The notes under the pieces were generated by a model, which worked only from the letters and a program-made list of their open reading frames with translations, ran no database searches and was not told where the DNA came from. A DNA stretch of 64,000 bases from the human T2T-CHM13v2.0 reference genome, Homo sapiens, in the NCBI RefSeq assembly GCF_009914755.1, contig NC_060927.1; one strand, 5' to 3'. Each line of letters begins with the position of its first letter. The stretch's first letter is position 1. Shown piece by piece: positions 14,111 to 31,689 of this stretch. The translations under genes and the position numbers were made by a program.

Positions 14111-14615
14111 TTATTTTTTAGAGATAGGGTCTTGCTTTGTTACCCAGGCAGGAGTGCAGTGGGGCAATCACGCATCTCAACTCCTGCAGCCTTAAACTCC
14201 TAGGCTCGAGGGATCTTCCCACCTCAGCCCCCCAAGTAGCTGGGACTATAGGTGCACACCACCATGCCCAGCTAATTTTTAAAAATATTATGTAGAGACA
14301 ACGTCATCACATTGCCCAGGCTGGTCTCGAACTCCTGAGCTCAAGCGATCCTCCTGCCTTGACCTCCCAAAGTGCTGGGACAGGCATAAGCCACAACACT
14401 CTGCCACTATTGAAATTTTAGACTGGATCATTCTTTGTTGTGAAGGGGAAATATCTGTCCTGTGCATTGTTGAAGGTTTAGCAGTATCCCTGGCCTCTAT
14501 ACGCTAGATACTAGTAGCACTCCTCCTGACCACTTGACAGTCAAAAATGTTTTTGGACATTGTCAGATGACCCGGTAAGAGGGGAGAAAAATCACTCTCC
14601 ATTAAGAAACACTGC
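14036..14615 (-). mobile_element. MER20 split by an antisense AluJ with (TTTA)n tail (~14066-14406)
   Basis: TGTCCTGTGCATTGT..TTTAGCAGTATCCCTGGCCTCTA..CTAGATACTAGTAGCAC matches antisense MER20. Confidence 0.8.
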
Positions 14616-14744
14616 CTTACATGATCTCACTCACACATGACTTCCTTTTTTATTTAAAATAACACCACCTTCCAAACCTAACTCGATTGTAAATACCATC
14701 TATATGCTGATCACTCCCAAATATATATCTCTCCAACCCTGACT

Positions 14745-15430
14745 TTTTTTTTTCTTTTTTCTTTTTTCTTTTTTTTTTAAACTTTTAAGTTCGGGGTACA
14801 TGTGCAGGATTTGCAGATTTGTTATATAGGTAAACATGTGTCATGGGGTTTCATTGTACAGATTATTTCATCACCCAGGTATTAAGCCTAGTATCCATTA
14901 GTTCTGTTGTTCCTGATCCTCTGCCTCTTCCCACCTTCCACTCTCCAATAGGCCCCAGTGTATGCTGTTCCCCTCTATGTGTCCATGTATTCTCATCATT
15001 TAACTCTCACTTAGGAGGACATGCCGTATTTGGTTTTTTGTTCCTGTGTTAGTTTGCTAAGGATAACAGCCTCCAGCTCCATCTGTTTCCCTGCAAAGGA
15101 CATGATCTCATTCTTTTTTATGGTTGCATAGTATTCTATGGTTTATATGTACCACATTTTTTTTTATCCAGTCTATTAGGTTGATTCCATGTCTTTGCTA
15201 TTGTGAATAGTGCTGCAATGAACATATGCGTGCATGTGTCTTTATGATAGAATGATTTATATTCCTTTGGTTATATATCCAGTAATGGGATTGCTGCATC
15301 AAATGGTATTTCTGTCTTTAGGTCTTTGAGGAATCACCACAGTCTTCCACAATGATTGAACTAATTTATACTCCGACCAGCAGTGTATAAGCATTCCTTT
15401 TTCTCTACAACCTTGCCAGCCACCTGTTTC
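14745..15430 (-). mobile_element. L1PA (older primate, ~PA13-16) 3' end, 5'-truncated
   Basis: T-tail then GGGGTACATGTGCAGG..CAGATTATTTCATCACCCAGGTATTAAGCCTAGT and antisense ORF2 C-terminal sequence. Confidence 0.88.
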
Positions 15431-16352
15431 CTTCTCCTAGATAAACTCCACCAAAGCAAGAACTTATATTGTTCACAGCTGATCCTATAGCACCTAGAAG
15501 AGGATCTAGTAAATATTAAATATTTGTTGATTAAATAAAGTAAATCACTTTTCCTTGCATCTAAGCATAATTTAGGAAAGTAATAACTTAAAAAATCAAA
15601 TTCTATCCTACCATGAAACATGCTTTCTCCTGTAGATTCTTCTGTTATTATAGAAGTTGAGTATTCCTTACCCAAAATCTTAGGACAAGAAGTGTTTCAG
15701 GTTTGGGATTTTTTTTTTTTTTTTTTTTTTTGGTGTATCTGTGGCCAGGTGCAGTGGTTCACGCCTGTAATCCCACCACTTGGGGAGGCCAAGGAGAGAG
15801 GATCGCTTGAGCCCAGGAGTTTGATACCAGCCTGGGCAAGATGGTGAGACCCTGTAATTCCAGCTACTCAGGAGGCTGAGGTGGAAGGATCACTTGAGCC
15901 TAGGAGTTCGAGGCAGCAGTGAACTATGATCAACTCTACTGTACTCCAGCCTGGGTGACAGAAAGAGACCCTGTCTCTATTTTTTTAAAGGAATATTTGC
16001 ATATACATAATGATATATTTTGAGGATGGGCTCCAAGTCTATATGTGAAATACATTTATGTTTCTTATATACTTGATACACATAGCTTGAAGGTAACTTC
16101 ATACAATATTTAAAAGTATTTTGTGCATGAAACAAAATCTGTGTACACTAAACTATCAGAAAGCAAAGATATCATTCTATCAGTCACCCATGTGGACAAT
16201 CTGTTTTTGATTGGCATCACTGTCATTCCTGATTCTGAATTTATATGCTACTGATAAGCAACCATTTTCTTACACTTATTTGCATGTAAGTACTTAACAG
16301 TAAAAAAAAAAAAAAAAAAAAAAAAGGGACATATCATTAAGATACTGAAAAA

Positions 16353-16663
16353 GGCCGGGTATGGTGGCTCACGCCTGTAATTCCAGCACTTTGGGAGGCC
16401 GAGGTGGGCAGATCACAAGGTCAGGAGATCGAAACCATCCTGGCTAACACAGTGAAACCCCATCTCTACTAAAAAAAAAATACAAAAAAATTAGCCGGCT
16501 GTGGTGGCAGGTGCCTGTAGTCCCAGCTACTCGGGAGGCTTCTGGAGGCTGAAGCAGGAGAATGGTGTGAATCCTGGAGGCGGAGCTTGCAGTGAGCCGA
16601 GATCGCGCCATTGCACTCCAGACTGGGAGAGAGAGTGAGACTCCGTCTCAAAAAAAAAAAAAA
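16353..16663 (+). mobile_element. AluY
   Basis: Y diagnostics (ACCATCCTGGCTAACAC, GGAGCTTGCAG); TSD AAGA(T/C)ACTGAAAAA. Confidence 0.93.
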
Positions 16664-16794
16664 GACACTGAAAAAAACAATGTGTTGGAGGTAAGTAAGC
16701 AGCACAGTAGCATCACCAGAATGCCTATATCATCCATTAAACAACAACATCAACAAACAATGGCAGGCTTTCAGTCTCCACTTACAATGCTGTA

Positions 16795-17246
16795 CAGGTG
16801 AGCCTTGAAAAAAAAACACAGATTTAAACTGTGCGGGTCCACTTATATGCAGATTTTCTTCCATATATGCCACCCCTGAGATAGCAAGAACAATCTTTCC
16901 TCTTCCTCTTCCTCATTCTTTGCCCACTTAATATGAAGATGACAAGGATGAAGACCTTAATGATGATCCACTTTCACTTAATAAGTAGTAAATATATTTT
17001 CTCTTCCTTATGATTTTCTTTATAAAATTTTCTTTGCTCTAGCTTACTCTATTGTAAGAACACAGCATATAATACATATGACATGTAAAATATATGTTAA
17101 TCGACTGTTTTTGTTATTGGCAGTGGTTCCAGTCAACGGTAGGCTATTAGTATATAAATTCTGGGGGAGTCAGTTATATGTGGATTTTTTTTTTAATTGT
17201 GTAGGAGGTCAGTGCCCCAACCCCTGCGTTGCTCAAGAGTCAACTC
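16795..17246. mobile_element. Tigger2a (MER28) nested in Tigger4
   Basis: TA-CAGGTGAGCCTTGAA ... TCAAGAGTCAACTC-TA termini; GAAGATGACAAGGATGAAGACCTT motif. Confidence 0.8.
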
Positions 17247-17487
17247 TATTTTGATTAAAAGGTTGCTGTACACTGTATTTTATATTTTTAGATGGGAAGA
17301 AACATCAGAAACTGCTGAGGGACCAGGAAATGAGTTCTCAAGGGATAAGAAGGCATTCTGCTGGATGACTTTTTAAAATACTTCCTCCGGAGTCATCTGA
17401 CTCATTAACAATAGTTTTTGTCTTAAAAGTCTCTGATTTTATAAACTGATATGATTATTGTTCTGTGATGAATGCATGCTACTCTAG

Positions 17488-17809
<322 letters not shown>

Positions 17810-18251
17810 TTGCTCTAGTCTTTTGATAAGTCCATCACACATTTTCACCATGTTATCTATAGGCAGTTTTTCTGCAGTATAACAACGTCATCTTCATTGT
17901 CATGTTGGAGCTCAAAAAGATTTGGATTTTGGAGCATTTTGGAATTCAGATTTTTTGATTAGGGATTTTCTGATTAGGGATGCTCAATCTGTAATTGAAA
18001 AAAGACAATTGATAATCCCCCAAAACTTCTCAGAAAGCAATTTCTTATCCAACATTTTATTTTAGATATTTTAGACATTTTATCCAAATCACTGCTGTTT
18101 CCAGTGAGAACTTTTGCTGTAAATTACACAGAATACATCTAACATGTTTACTTTTAAGTAGAATAAAGTCATACAAATCTGACTGTCTTGATAAAAATTA
18201 CAAACCTAGAGGAGGTCTCCTTCACTGGAATACATACAAAATGAATCATAT

Positions 18252-18689
18252 TGTTACCAAAACACCATGGGTTCAGTCTAGGTCCTGCTGTTCACCACAC
18301 AGAAAGCCAATCACTGAGACAACAATTATTGCCAAGGAAGAAAGTTTTCATCCAGTGCTGCAGTGGAAGAGATGGGAGATCAGTCTCAAATCCATCTCCC
18401 TTACCAATACAATTAGGAGTTTATATAGCAGGAAATAAATGTAACAGTGTGTTAGAAAACAGAAACTAGAAAGGGGTAAAGATACAAAATGAAGGGTCTG
18501 GCTTCTCACTGTCTGCATGTGGGGATCTGGTTTCAGTTCTTCGATACTTTTTGAGAGATCTGGGGGTCTTTCTTCCTGAGGAAGGAACTCAGAGAAAAAC
18601 AAATACATGTTTCAAGCTTTAAGACCAGAAGGACCAGTTTCTACATTTATCCAAAAAAAAAAATCTATTGGGCTATTGGATTGGTCTCA
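18252..18689 (-). mobile_element. LOR1b-like 3' LTR
   Basis: Minus strand TGAGACCAATCCAATAGCCCAATAGA..GGATAAATGTAGAAACTGGTCCTTCTGGTCTTAAAGCTTGAAAC resembles the LOR1b start. Confidence 0.8.
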
Positions 18690-20309
18690 ATCCCTGCATT
18701 CTATTTATCAGTTCCTTTATTATGGGGAATCTGGTCATTGATCTTTCTGGCTGCTGAGGAGGGGAACTGTGGCTCCATATCTTGGGTGACCACATGGCCA
18801 GCTAGGAATCCAAGGTTAATCTAATACTATAGTTTTTTTCTGAAACACAATCTTTCTCTCTCCAGTTCCCCACTTCCACCAAAAACAAGTCACAGCAATA
18901 CCAACCTACTTGCAAAATAAGCTTCTGTTACTATACTTGGCCTGGTTACCCCCACAAATACAGCAAGAATCATTGTCCATATAGGGCCTCCTAAACTGGC
19001 TTTGCTGGAACCTCTCACAAGGCCATTTCAGTCAAAATTCTGGGAAAATAACAAGTTCCTCCACCTGTGTGTCATTAGAAAAGAAAACAGGTTCTTATTA
19101 ACCACATGCAAACAACCACATTGCCATGAATTAAGAATATTCACAAACAGTTTACAAATTCTGGAGAAATTAGGCAGAAAGAGAAATATGCCTCAAAGTC
19201 TGTTTACAAAAGTATATTCTACTCAGTATATTTAGGCTACAAATAGCTCAAAACAAAAAAATTTCTCCAGACTCTGAAAAAAACAAAAAGAATCAGCAAT
19301 ATTTCAAACAAAAAAAGCCATAAAAATTATTTCAGTCCTCCATTAGTTCAGTCCATACAGTTAACTCTTGCTCTGCTTCATAATGGGTTAGCAATCTTTA
19401 TGAACATACCAGCCTTTCAATTAGTGCCCTGGAAGTTTTCTTTCTAATGTAATGGCACAATCTCCAAAGTTATCAGAAACCTGCACTCAGAGTCCTTTCA
19501 TGAACTCCCCCAAAGAAGCAAGCCCTGGACTGTAGCTAATTATAAGTCACTTTTTGAGAAGGATCAAAGCAAAACAACAATTGTAGATGGCAAAACTTAG
19601 CATGGCCATAAAGACACAGTTGACAAGATAATTTGGTTATTTCCATGGCGTACAACAATTTAATAATCATAATTATTACTGACAACATATATTAAGACAT
19701 ACCAGAATTTTAGGAGTCTCATACAATCCTGGAATACATTGGCAACACATCTAGAAATATGACCCAAAGGAAGCTAACTATCACCTCAGATTTGACAATG
19801 CTTCCTGAATAATTCTAACAGAACAAATAAGCCTAATATATCTCTCTTGGAGAGAGACAGGTGACTTCAGGGAACCTAATATCCAAAAAAGTTTGTTTAA
19901 GGTCAAAAAGATTGAATTTAAAACCTGAAATTCCACTCTTGGAGTCTGTCAAAGGTTTAAGACACTTCATATCACAAAATAGGATCATAGGTCATTATGA
20001 AATAGTCATTCATCTAGCTGAAATGATAAAACAAAAATATTTACTCTTTGATAGACAGACTCAGTTTCCCAAACAATAACACCTAATAAACTCAACACGA
20101 AGCCAACTAAATGTGTCTCCCCCCGTCCATTTTTTTTCCTGCAGTTTACTTAAAAGGTAAACACAAATCTCTTAAGATCTCTTACGTGAAAATGTTGTTT
20201 AAAAGAGAAAACCAAATTTTACATTTGTATGGTATATTATTAATACTAAAGCTGATTTAAATAAAACCTTATAAACAAATCTATCTAATTTTAATCAGTT
20301 TGACCATAA

Positions 20310-20611
<302 letters not shown>

Positions 20612-21711
20612 TCCATAAACTTTTTATAACCTTTTACAATTTTTTATTAAATAACTGATTAATGCTCCAAGAAAACCCTGTTATTCTGACACACAGTCCC
20701 AGATGCTGGCTTGCATCAGTATGCTTTTGATATTAATGTTTAATTTACAGAAACACTCTAATCTTATTATTCAAAATCAGCACTTACAATCTCACGCGCC
20801 CACCTCTTCCACTATAGTCCCTGGGCCTAGAGGGATTGCTTAGTTTTAATTTCCAGCCCTGTGTCTCATGAAAGCAGTTAATTTTGATTGTTGCCTTCTC
20901 TTGCATCTGAAGACGATAGTTCAATTGGTGTCAATGCTCAAAATTTAAAGGGGTAAGTGCCTTCTTCAGATCCAGGAGTCAAAGCCCTTAACAGCACAAG
21001 CATTAGTTAACAGGATATTTATACTGCAGAAATTCCTATCACTCTCTCTAACATGTTACAAATTAAAACACTATAATTTGGTGTATAGGAGTTACTGCCT
21101 GCACCACTTCCAACCACCGTATTAAAGTAGTTAGATTACTCATGGCATGTGTCTAATTGCTAGCATTCTGTGATAGATCTATGACCAAAAGCATCAAAAA
21201 GTGATAGGTCCTATGCCAACTCACCAAAGTAAAACAGCTAACCTTTCTCTCCATCATTAAAAATAAAAAATAAAAATAAAAAGCAAATGCAAATATCAGT
21301 TCTGGAAACTCAGTATGAAGATAAATTATCTCCCTTCCCTTAAATTCTGTACTACAAAACAGGCACAAAGTAAGAACAAGCACACAATAATTTATTTTCA
21401 GCTATTTCAACGAGCATCATCATGCATTTCCAAGATTGGTTTGTAGATATAGTACTAACAACTGATTAGGTAACTTTCACCACTAAAATCTTCAAACCAA
21501 TTTAACATTTGTACATATTTTATTTTCAAGTACACACATGAAGCCCTAACAGTGATAAAAAGCTTAGGATCAAAGATCACTAGAAAGTCTCCCCTTAAAA
21601 AAAAAATTACTACTTAATTGAAGTGACTGTCACTTAATTTTAATAATGGTTAATGCAACTAAAGCAATTACAGAGAAATCCTGGTCAATGGAATTCTTTA
21701 AGAACAAGGCT

Positions 21712-23390
<1,679 letters not shown>

Positions 23391-24525
23391 GAACAAGGCT
23401 AATCTTTCCTGAACATTAAAACTTTGCACCCATATCACAGTTTGTCCTCATGACCTAAAGGAAAAGATCTGAAATCAATTCAAATTATTAAGTGAATTGA
23501 ATTTCTTTGGAAACAAACACCATTTAGAAAATCTTATTCTCATCTACTTTTCCAAATAAGATATATAATGTACTATTTCTGCTTAGAACTTATAAAAGTC
23601 TTTTATGTAATTTTTTTCACCAGGAACCCTAAAGCTCTCATAGCTCTTGGGAGCATCAGAAGTAGCAAAACCAATCAAATTTCAAATACCTGGTATCCTC
23701 TATCAATTTTTAGAGGCTTGATAATGGTAGCTTAGGAATTTTTGGATAAATAGAGCAGATAGTGAATTCTTGGAAATCCATAGGAAACAAAATGACTATT
23801 CATAGAACCAAATAAAAGCCTTCCGTTAGAAACTAAAAAAAATCAATGGTGTTTTATGTGTTTATATAAGCAAAATGCAAAGGAGAAAAAACAGCAAATA
23901 AATGAAAATTAGAAGAAAAAAAAACAAAGAGGAAACCACTCCCCAATTTTTCTCTTACTTGGTTTACCCAGGAGGCTATAGTATTGCCCAGAGCCTACAA
24001 AAACAAATGATGAATATTTTGTTCCTGGTACACAATTTAATGTCTTTAAGTCCACCAATACCATTATGTATTTTTTGCAATTGAGAAATTCACTTTAGGT
24101 ACATGACCAGTAAGTACTTTAGTGCTGAAACTGTCTATGCAGAATAGCAAAAATAGTGTGAAGCAATGCAAGCATATATGTGAAATTTGGCTCCATGCTA
24201 ACTAAATCTGGCTTCATGCTTAACTTTATTAAAAAAGAATGGCCAAACTGCCAATGTATTTCTTTACAATATTTTCTTATTTTACTTTCTTCGAGATTAA
24301 GAACTTTATGAACAGTGTTAATTCACTGAATTTCTCCAATTTTCTATCAGCTTTTAAAGAATATTTTACTATCTAAGCTTTTTCAACTTTTTTTTTTTAA
24401 ATAACCAGTCATTTTACTTTAGGACAAAAATTTACCTTACAATTTACCATCCTTTCTCATATGAAAGTATTCTCTTTTCTTTATACCCTTCCTTACCAAA
24501 AACACATCTTCATATCTGTAACTTT

Positions 24526-24826
<301 letters not shown>

Positions 24827-25287
24827 CATATCTGTAACTTTCTTCACATCACTCTCCCCTACCTACTGATTCCTTACTACTTTGTTTCACGAATAACCTT
24901 TTCAAGTCCATATTTTGAATTAAACTTTAGATAACTTCTGAATTAAATAAAAATTATTATTTTTCTCACTAAGAACACCTCTTTTTGGTACATTTTATAT
25001 ACAGAATAATATATTAACCATAATTCTTATCCCTAGACCTTAAATTTTAGCGAAAACCTAGGAAGCAAAAAATCCTGAGCTGCCTATCAGATATGATCAT
25101 TTTATAGATGAAAACCATTCCACAATTTTTACAAATATGTTTCTCCATATCATAACCTTTTAATTGGAAATGATATCTAATGAGCATTAAAAACCATTTT
25201 AAGATTTTAAATTACACAAAAAATTCACCTACAACATTTATCCCATTTACAAGTACTCAATTCTTCCATTTTTAACAGTTTAGATGA

Positions 25288-25707
<420 letters not shown>

Positions 25708-26237
25708 TGAACATCAGGTAATCACATAAGAACTTTAAATACATAGGTATTTTTGCCAGTAACTCAGAAGATTCAGCTAACAACATTAGTCTCATTTGTC
25801 AAAGCATACAAACCAAGATCATTTTGTTTTGCCTGGGTTTATAGTTTTATAACCGTCTATGCCAAAGCCTGATACCTCAAAATATCTAGCAGAGACAAAG
25901 ACAAAATCCAGACATAAATGTATGCTGACAATTCTGAAGGATTTCTATTTTTATATTATCAATAATTTTAAAGCCAGCTTGTTTATTAAAGGTTTACGTA
26001 AGTCACATGAACTTGAAAAATACTTTGGGCTTAATTTATTAAGTGCTCTTTTATTTATAAGCCAATTTAGTAGACACAACATACAATAAATGTACATACA
26101 TAAACACATCTAGACATGAATACACACACATAAGCAAAGATCCAATAGCTTTTACCTCAGAACTCTAGCCATGAAATAGCAATACAAACTCACCAGTTTA
26201 CATGGCTATGCTTTGTTTCTCTCAAAAGGTAATCCAG

Positions 26238-26628
26238 TGTATTAGTCCGTTTTCATGCTGCTGATAAGGTTTAACTGTAAGTCCAATTAAACCTCTTTTT
26301 CTTCCCATCCAAGTCTCGGATAGGAAGAAAAACAGGTTTAATTGGACTTACAGTTTCATATGGTTGGGGAGGCCTCACAATCACGGCAGGAGGCGAAAAG
26401 CACTTCTTACATGGCAGTGGCAAGAGAAAATGAGGCAGATGCAGAAACGGAAAGCCCCGATAAAACCATCAGATCTCATGAGACTTATTCACTATCATGA
26501 GCACAGTATGGGGGAAACTGCCCCCATGATTCAAACTATCTCCCACTGGGTCCCTCACACAACATGTGGGAATTATGGGAGTAAAATTCAAGATGAGATT
26601 TGGGTGGGGACACAGCCAAGCCATGTCA
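26238..26628 (-). mobile_element. THE1C-like MaLR solo LTR with internal inverted duplication
   Basis: TGTATTAGTCCGTTTTC...GACACAGCCAAGCCATGTCA; 5-bp TSD TCCAG. Confidence 0.9.
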
Positions 26629-27498
26629 TCCAGTGAACGCTGTGAACCAAAATTTTGGGTAAAGCAGTTTCCATGGCAGCTTGATTTTTAAAGGCCAAAC
26701 CTCCCAGACTCCAAGGAACACTGAGGCCAAACAGCAGCACCACAGGACAACACCACATACTAACCAGGCCAGACCCGGCTTAGAACAGCAGCACAAAAAC
26801 CTGAATATATGGAACTCCATTTCACTTGCCCATTCAACAGCAAACTCCAGATTCCAAACAATATTGGGGCCAAACAATATTATAAAAGTATATTAGTTTA
26901 TCAAATTCAAATTTCCCATGACTATATTGACACACACACAAAAGAATCAACAAAACACAATCCAACCGCTGCAGCCACAAACTAGCTCCAACAGTGTCCT
27001 CTCTCAATAGGATGGGTTTGGTCAACCTACAAATAAAAATTCCTTTGGAATTTCTCAAATTAAGAGGAGCCAGTCCCTCTGTCTCACATCCACAAAAGAC
27101 ACTCACACAACAATTGTGACATACACAACAATTACAAACAAGTCTGGATGCACACACAACAATTACAAAAAAGCCCCCTAGAGGGTCCAAACTGAAACAA
27201 GGTGCTTCACTCTCTTACACAATTGGGCTTCTTCATCCTGCAGATGGAAATTCCTTTAAAAATTTCCCAAATTGAGAGGAGCAGATCCTGCTGTCTGGGC
27301 CCACAAAGGACACTCACCTATTCATATGCATATGTCAGATTTCAAAGACTGTTCTTTGTAGGCAATCAGGCACATACTTGGGGCTGGCAGCCACAAGGCC
27401 ATAGACAGACCAGAACTTAACCTCCAGCCAAAATTGGGCGGTCAGCTGATTAGGAGGTTTTCCAAGACTTCCTGGCCCCATAGCAGCTGAGCAATGCA

Positions 27499-27516
27499 TT
27501 CCAGGTCAGGGAATGA
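27499..27516 (-). other. Degenerate primer-binding site, tRNA-Glu-like
   Basis: Minus strand TCATTCCCTGACCTGGAA vs TGGTTCCCTGACCGGGAA (15/18), 4 nt from the 5' LTR end. Confidence 0.7.
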
Positions 27517-27520
27517 AATC

Positions 27521-28337
27521 TGTTATTGAACAGGGGTTCAATCTAGGTCCTGATGCTCACCTCACAGAAAGCCAGTCACTGAGATGATTATTGCCAAGGT
27601 TCAAGAAGGCTTTCCCAAGGAAGAAAGCTTTCAGCAGTCACTGTCCAGGGAGATGGGAGATCAGTCTCAAATCTATATTCCTGACCCACTAAAATTAGGG
27701 CTTTATGTAGCAGGGAAGAAATGTAACAATGTGTTGGAAAACAGAAACTAGGGAGGGGTAATGAAACAAAATGAGGGGTCTGGATTCTAATTGCCTGCAT
27801 GTGGTGATCTGGTGAGTTTCAGTTCTTTGATACTTTTTAAGTGGCCTGGAGATCTTCTCGGGAGGAAGGAACTCAGACAAACGAAATATAACTTTCAAGT
27901 TTTAAGACCAGAGGGTCAGTTTCTATGTTTATCCAAAAGAACTATTTATGGCAGAAGTCCCCAGCCCTGGAGTGGCAGGCTGGTACTGGTCCATGGCCTC
28001 TTAGGAATTGGGCCTGTGCACAGCAGGAGGTGAGCTGCAGGCAAGTGAGCATTATTACCACCTGAGCTCCGCCTCCTGTCAGATCTGTGGCAGCACTGGA
28101 TTCTCACAGGAGCCCGATCCCTATTGTGAACTGTGCATGTGAGGGATCTAGGTTGCGTGCTCCTTATGAGAATGTAACTAATGCCTGATGATCTGAGGTG
28201 GAACAGTTTCATCCCAAAACCATGCCCCTCCCCAGCCTCCTGCCCTAGTCTGTGGAAAAACTGTCTTCTACGAAACTGGTCCCTGGTGCCAAAAAGGTTG
28301 GAGACCGCTGGTCTATGGGACTACTGGATCAGTTTCA
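27521..28337 (-). mobile_element. LOR1b-like 5' LTR interrupted by MER1B
   Basis: Colinear with 18252-18689 once 27952-28310 is removed. Confidence 0.82.
27952..28310 (+). mobile_element. MER1B (hAT-Charlie)
   Basis: CAG..GTCCCCAGCCC ... GGTGCCAAAAAGGTTGGAGACCGCTG; 8-bp TSD ATTTATGG/GTCTATGG. Confidence 0.9.
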
Positions 28338-28470
28338 ATATCCCCCTCTCATCCCACCTCCATTTGCTCTCCCAATTTGTGTCCCTTCTTTTCTTACCTT
28401 CTTTGTGCCATTCCTTAGGCTTTTCCACTTAGAATTTGTGCTTTTACAAGAAACATAAAAATATCATTAG

Positions 28471-28849
<379 letters not shown>

Positions 28850-31689
28850 TAGATAACAAATATTTTGAATAGAAGATCACTGTAATTAGTATTTCACTGT
28901 AATAAGTTTTCATATCTTTTGGCTAAAGGAAGTTGTGAGGTGTTTTTTGGAATTTAAATCTAAAATTCTTTCTACTTGCCTTCCAATTCAAAATTTACTC
29001 ATCTCTTAAAATGAACCCTAAATAATACTGTAATGTATTCTCTGAAGCTGGAGGTGGGAAAACCCAAGAATACCAGCTAAAGGACGAACTAATAAAAAAT
29101 GAGGCCTATACTTGGCCTATCTAAAAAAGATTAAGCCAGAGGCATGATAAATGGTTAAAGTAAGACCCTCTAGGACTTAGCAAAATTAGGGAGTTCTTTT
29201 CTCTCCAGGGTAGACCACCCTTACATTTTTTTCCACCAAGACTATTTTATTGCAATATCTAAGATAGTACTGAATATTTTGTATTCAATTTTTCATTTAG
29301 TTATTTGAAAAGTATTTATTGGTCAGCTCCTATGTGACACAGCCTTTTCTACTAAACACTGGAGTTACAGAGGTGACAAGTAGCTGACAATCTAGCTTAT
29401 TTGGGTAGGTCTTAGTACAGACTGATTCAGTTCCAGGCTGTCATTGGAAAATAGATTGGACTACCCCATTGAGAGTCACCTGGAAGAATACTTCAGAAGA
29501 ATAAATGTTCTGGAGCTATAAGGTTCTCTCAAGGGTTAGTTGCATAGGAGAGTTCTGCTGAGTGGTAGCCTCCTTTCCTCCACTGCCCAATGCACGTCTA
29601 TCTGTCTTTCCCCCTGACACCCCTGATACTTGTAAGGAAACAGCTTGGACCTCCAAGATATCTCTGGGAACGTACTGCAGTAACAGAGACCTTTTCTATT
29701 TAGAAAGGTTTCCTCCATGTGTGGATATTCCTCAGGGACCCAAAGCCTCATACAATCCCCAGAGAAAACCATTCCTGAGATTTATTGTGCTATAGGTCCC
29801 CCTAGAATTACCACATACGTAGGAGCTGGCCCAGAAGGAGTTGTGTTACTGAAGACTTAAGTTGCTTCTAAAAGGAAGGTCACCTCTTCTCTGCTCCATC
29901 TGGGGTCTCCTCTATACTCTTCTCCACTTTTGATTGTAATAAAACCATTAGTACAGTTGTGCCAATTATTAGTTTTTTCCTGGAGGTACTTCCCCATCAC
30001 CCAGAAAGGAGAGAGCCTGATTTTTACTTCTCTCTCCCTGTGGGGATCCCAGGGAGATCCAGGACATCTAACCTTCTATCAAGGACGTGTGCTACAGACC
30101 CCGTGGAGTCTCTCATCAGCTTGGCCAACGAGAATCTGGCATTTACTGGGGAAGAAACCTACCTTCCTTTGCTCAGCCTGGCATTGGTTATGGCCTACTT
30201 CTGCCTCTGGGTCAGCCCCAGAAGAAAATAGGTTTTTGGTTTCTCTGCCATTTCCCAGTCCACCCTTCAACAACATGAGTATGTATGTTGACAGTTCTAT
30301 GGTCAGAAGGAGGCTGTGAATGCTTGTTAATTTTTACACCATAATCTCCATTTCGACAGATGTTCCCGAAGTTCCATGTTTGCATTTTTAAAGCCTGGAA
30401 GATATATTTATTTCAACCCTTCTTTTTGCTTGCCTTTGTACAGTCATCCTGGGTTCCTCTTTTGTAAGTGGGCATCTCTTCTACAGATGCCATTATCAAT
30501 AAACACAGTAGGATTCCTTTAGTACTTAAGGCTCATTCTTAAATTCCACATGCTCATAACAATTGAGTGGTCCATTTGTAAGGAGTTGTCTTTTAGAAAT
30601 TAAGCCAAAAGAGGCTAAGCAGCTTGCACAAGAGCTCACCATGAAGAGGAACGGACCCTGAGGTGTATAAAGGGAGGAGTGAGGGGGCAAGGACCTAGTC
30701 TGTCATTCCAAGTCTAACACAACCTCTGCATTTATGTCTATCAGTGCATTGCATATTATGTGTGTTCACATGCATATGTTGTGCAAATGGCTGGAAATCT
30801 CCTTCAATTTATTTATTCAAATGAGATAGTTTATAAATAAGGGCATTCTGTGTAAGAAAAATGGGCAACACGTGTGTGAATTTCTCTATCCAATGAGTGG
30901 CACCCACCCTACCCCCAGGGAGGCCCAAAGTAATCTACCATCCCCCACCCAATCGATGACCATTTTTTTCCCCGGCCTATCTCCTAAATACATGTCGTTG
31001 CCATAATATCGTCTCCTCTCCATCTCCACTGGTTCCACTCTAGCCAAGATCACTATCATTTCTTCCAAGAATTCCTGACCCCAATGTCAGTCATTCCAAT
31101 CTACCCTCCACAATGGAAATGGATTGTTTTAAAATCCAATTTTGAGCAGGTAAGACCTCTGCCTAGAGTTCTAATGTCTCCATACTGTCCTAGGCACACA
31201 GTCCAAGTTGCTCAGTCTGGCTTTGGGTGGCCCTTCTCCCTACTTCCACCTCTCTCCCTGTTATCCCTTTACTCTCCCCGGCAAAGGTTTGTTCTGTTAA
31301 CTCCTCTCTGGTCCCTCGGCCTGTGATACCTCTCCCAGAGGCCTTGGGCCTGCTTGTACGCCTTGCCAGCTTCCACCTTACAGGTGCCCCAGATTTCTGC
31401 TCGAACTTCAGTGCCTCTGGATAACTTTCCCACCCATGTGCTTCTGCCCAAGGCAGCAATTGTAACATGATGTGTTGTTGGTTTGCTTGTTAGCCCTTTC
31501 CAGATTGTGAGCTCTGGATATACTAAGTCCCATGCCACAGTAAAGCCTTAACGACTCCCGACAGAGAGGCAAACGGAAGGGTAACAGTCGCACCCACCCC
31601 ACCCCTGGTGGCACCAGGCCAGCCTTGGGGGATGGCCACATGTGCCCACGTGGCACAAGATCAGGCCCCAGCCTTGAGCACAGTGCAGA

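Noticed and set aside
29400-30330. Non-repetitive-looking stretch with several 60-129 aa ORFs
   Set aside because: No recognisable protein similarity or exon structure; many of the ORFs begin at non-ATG codons.
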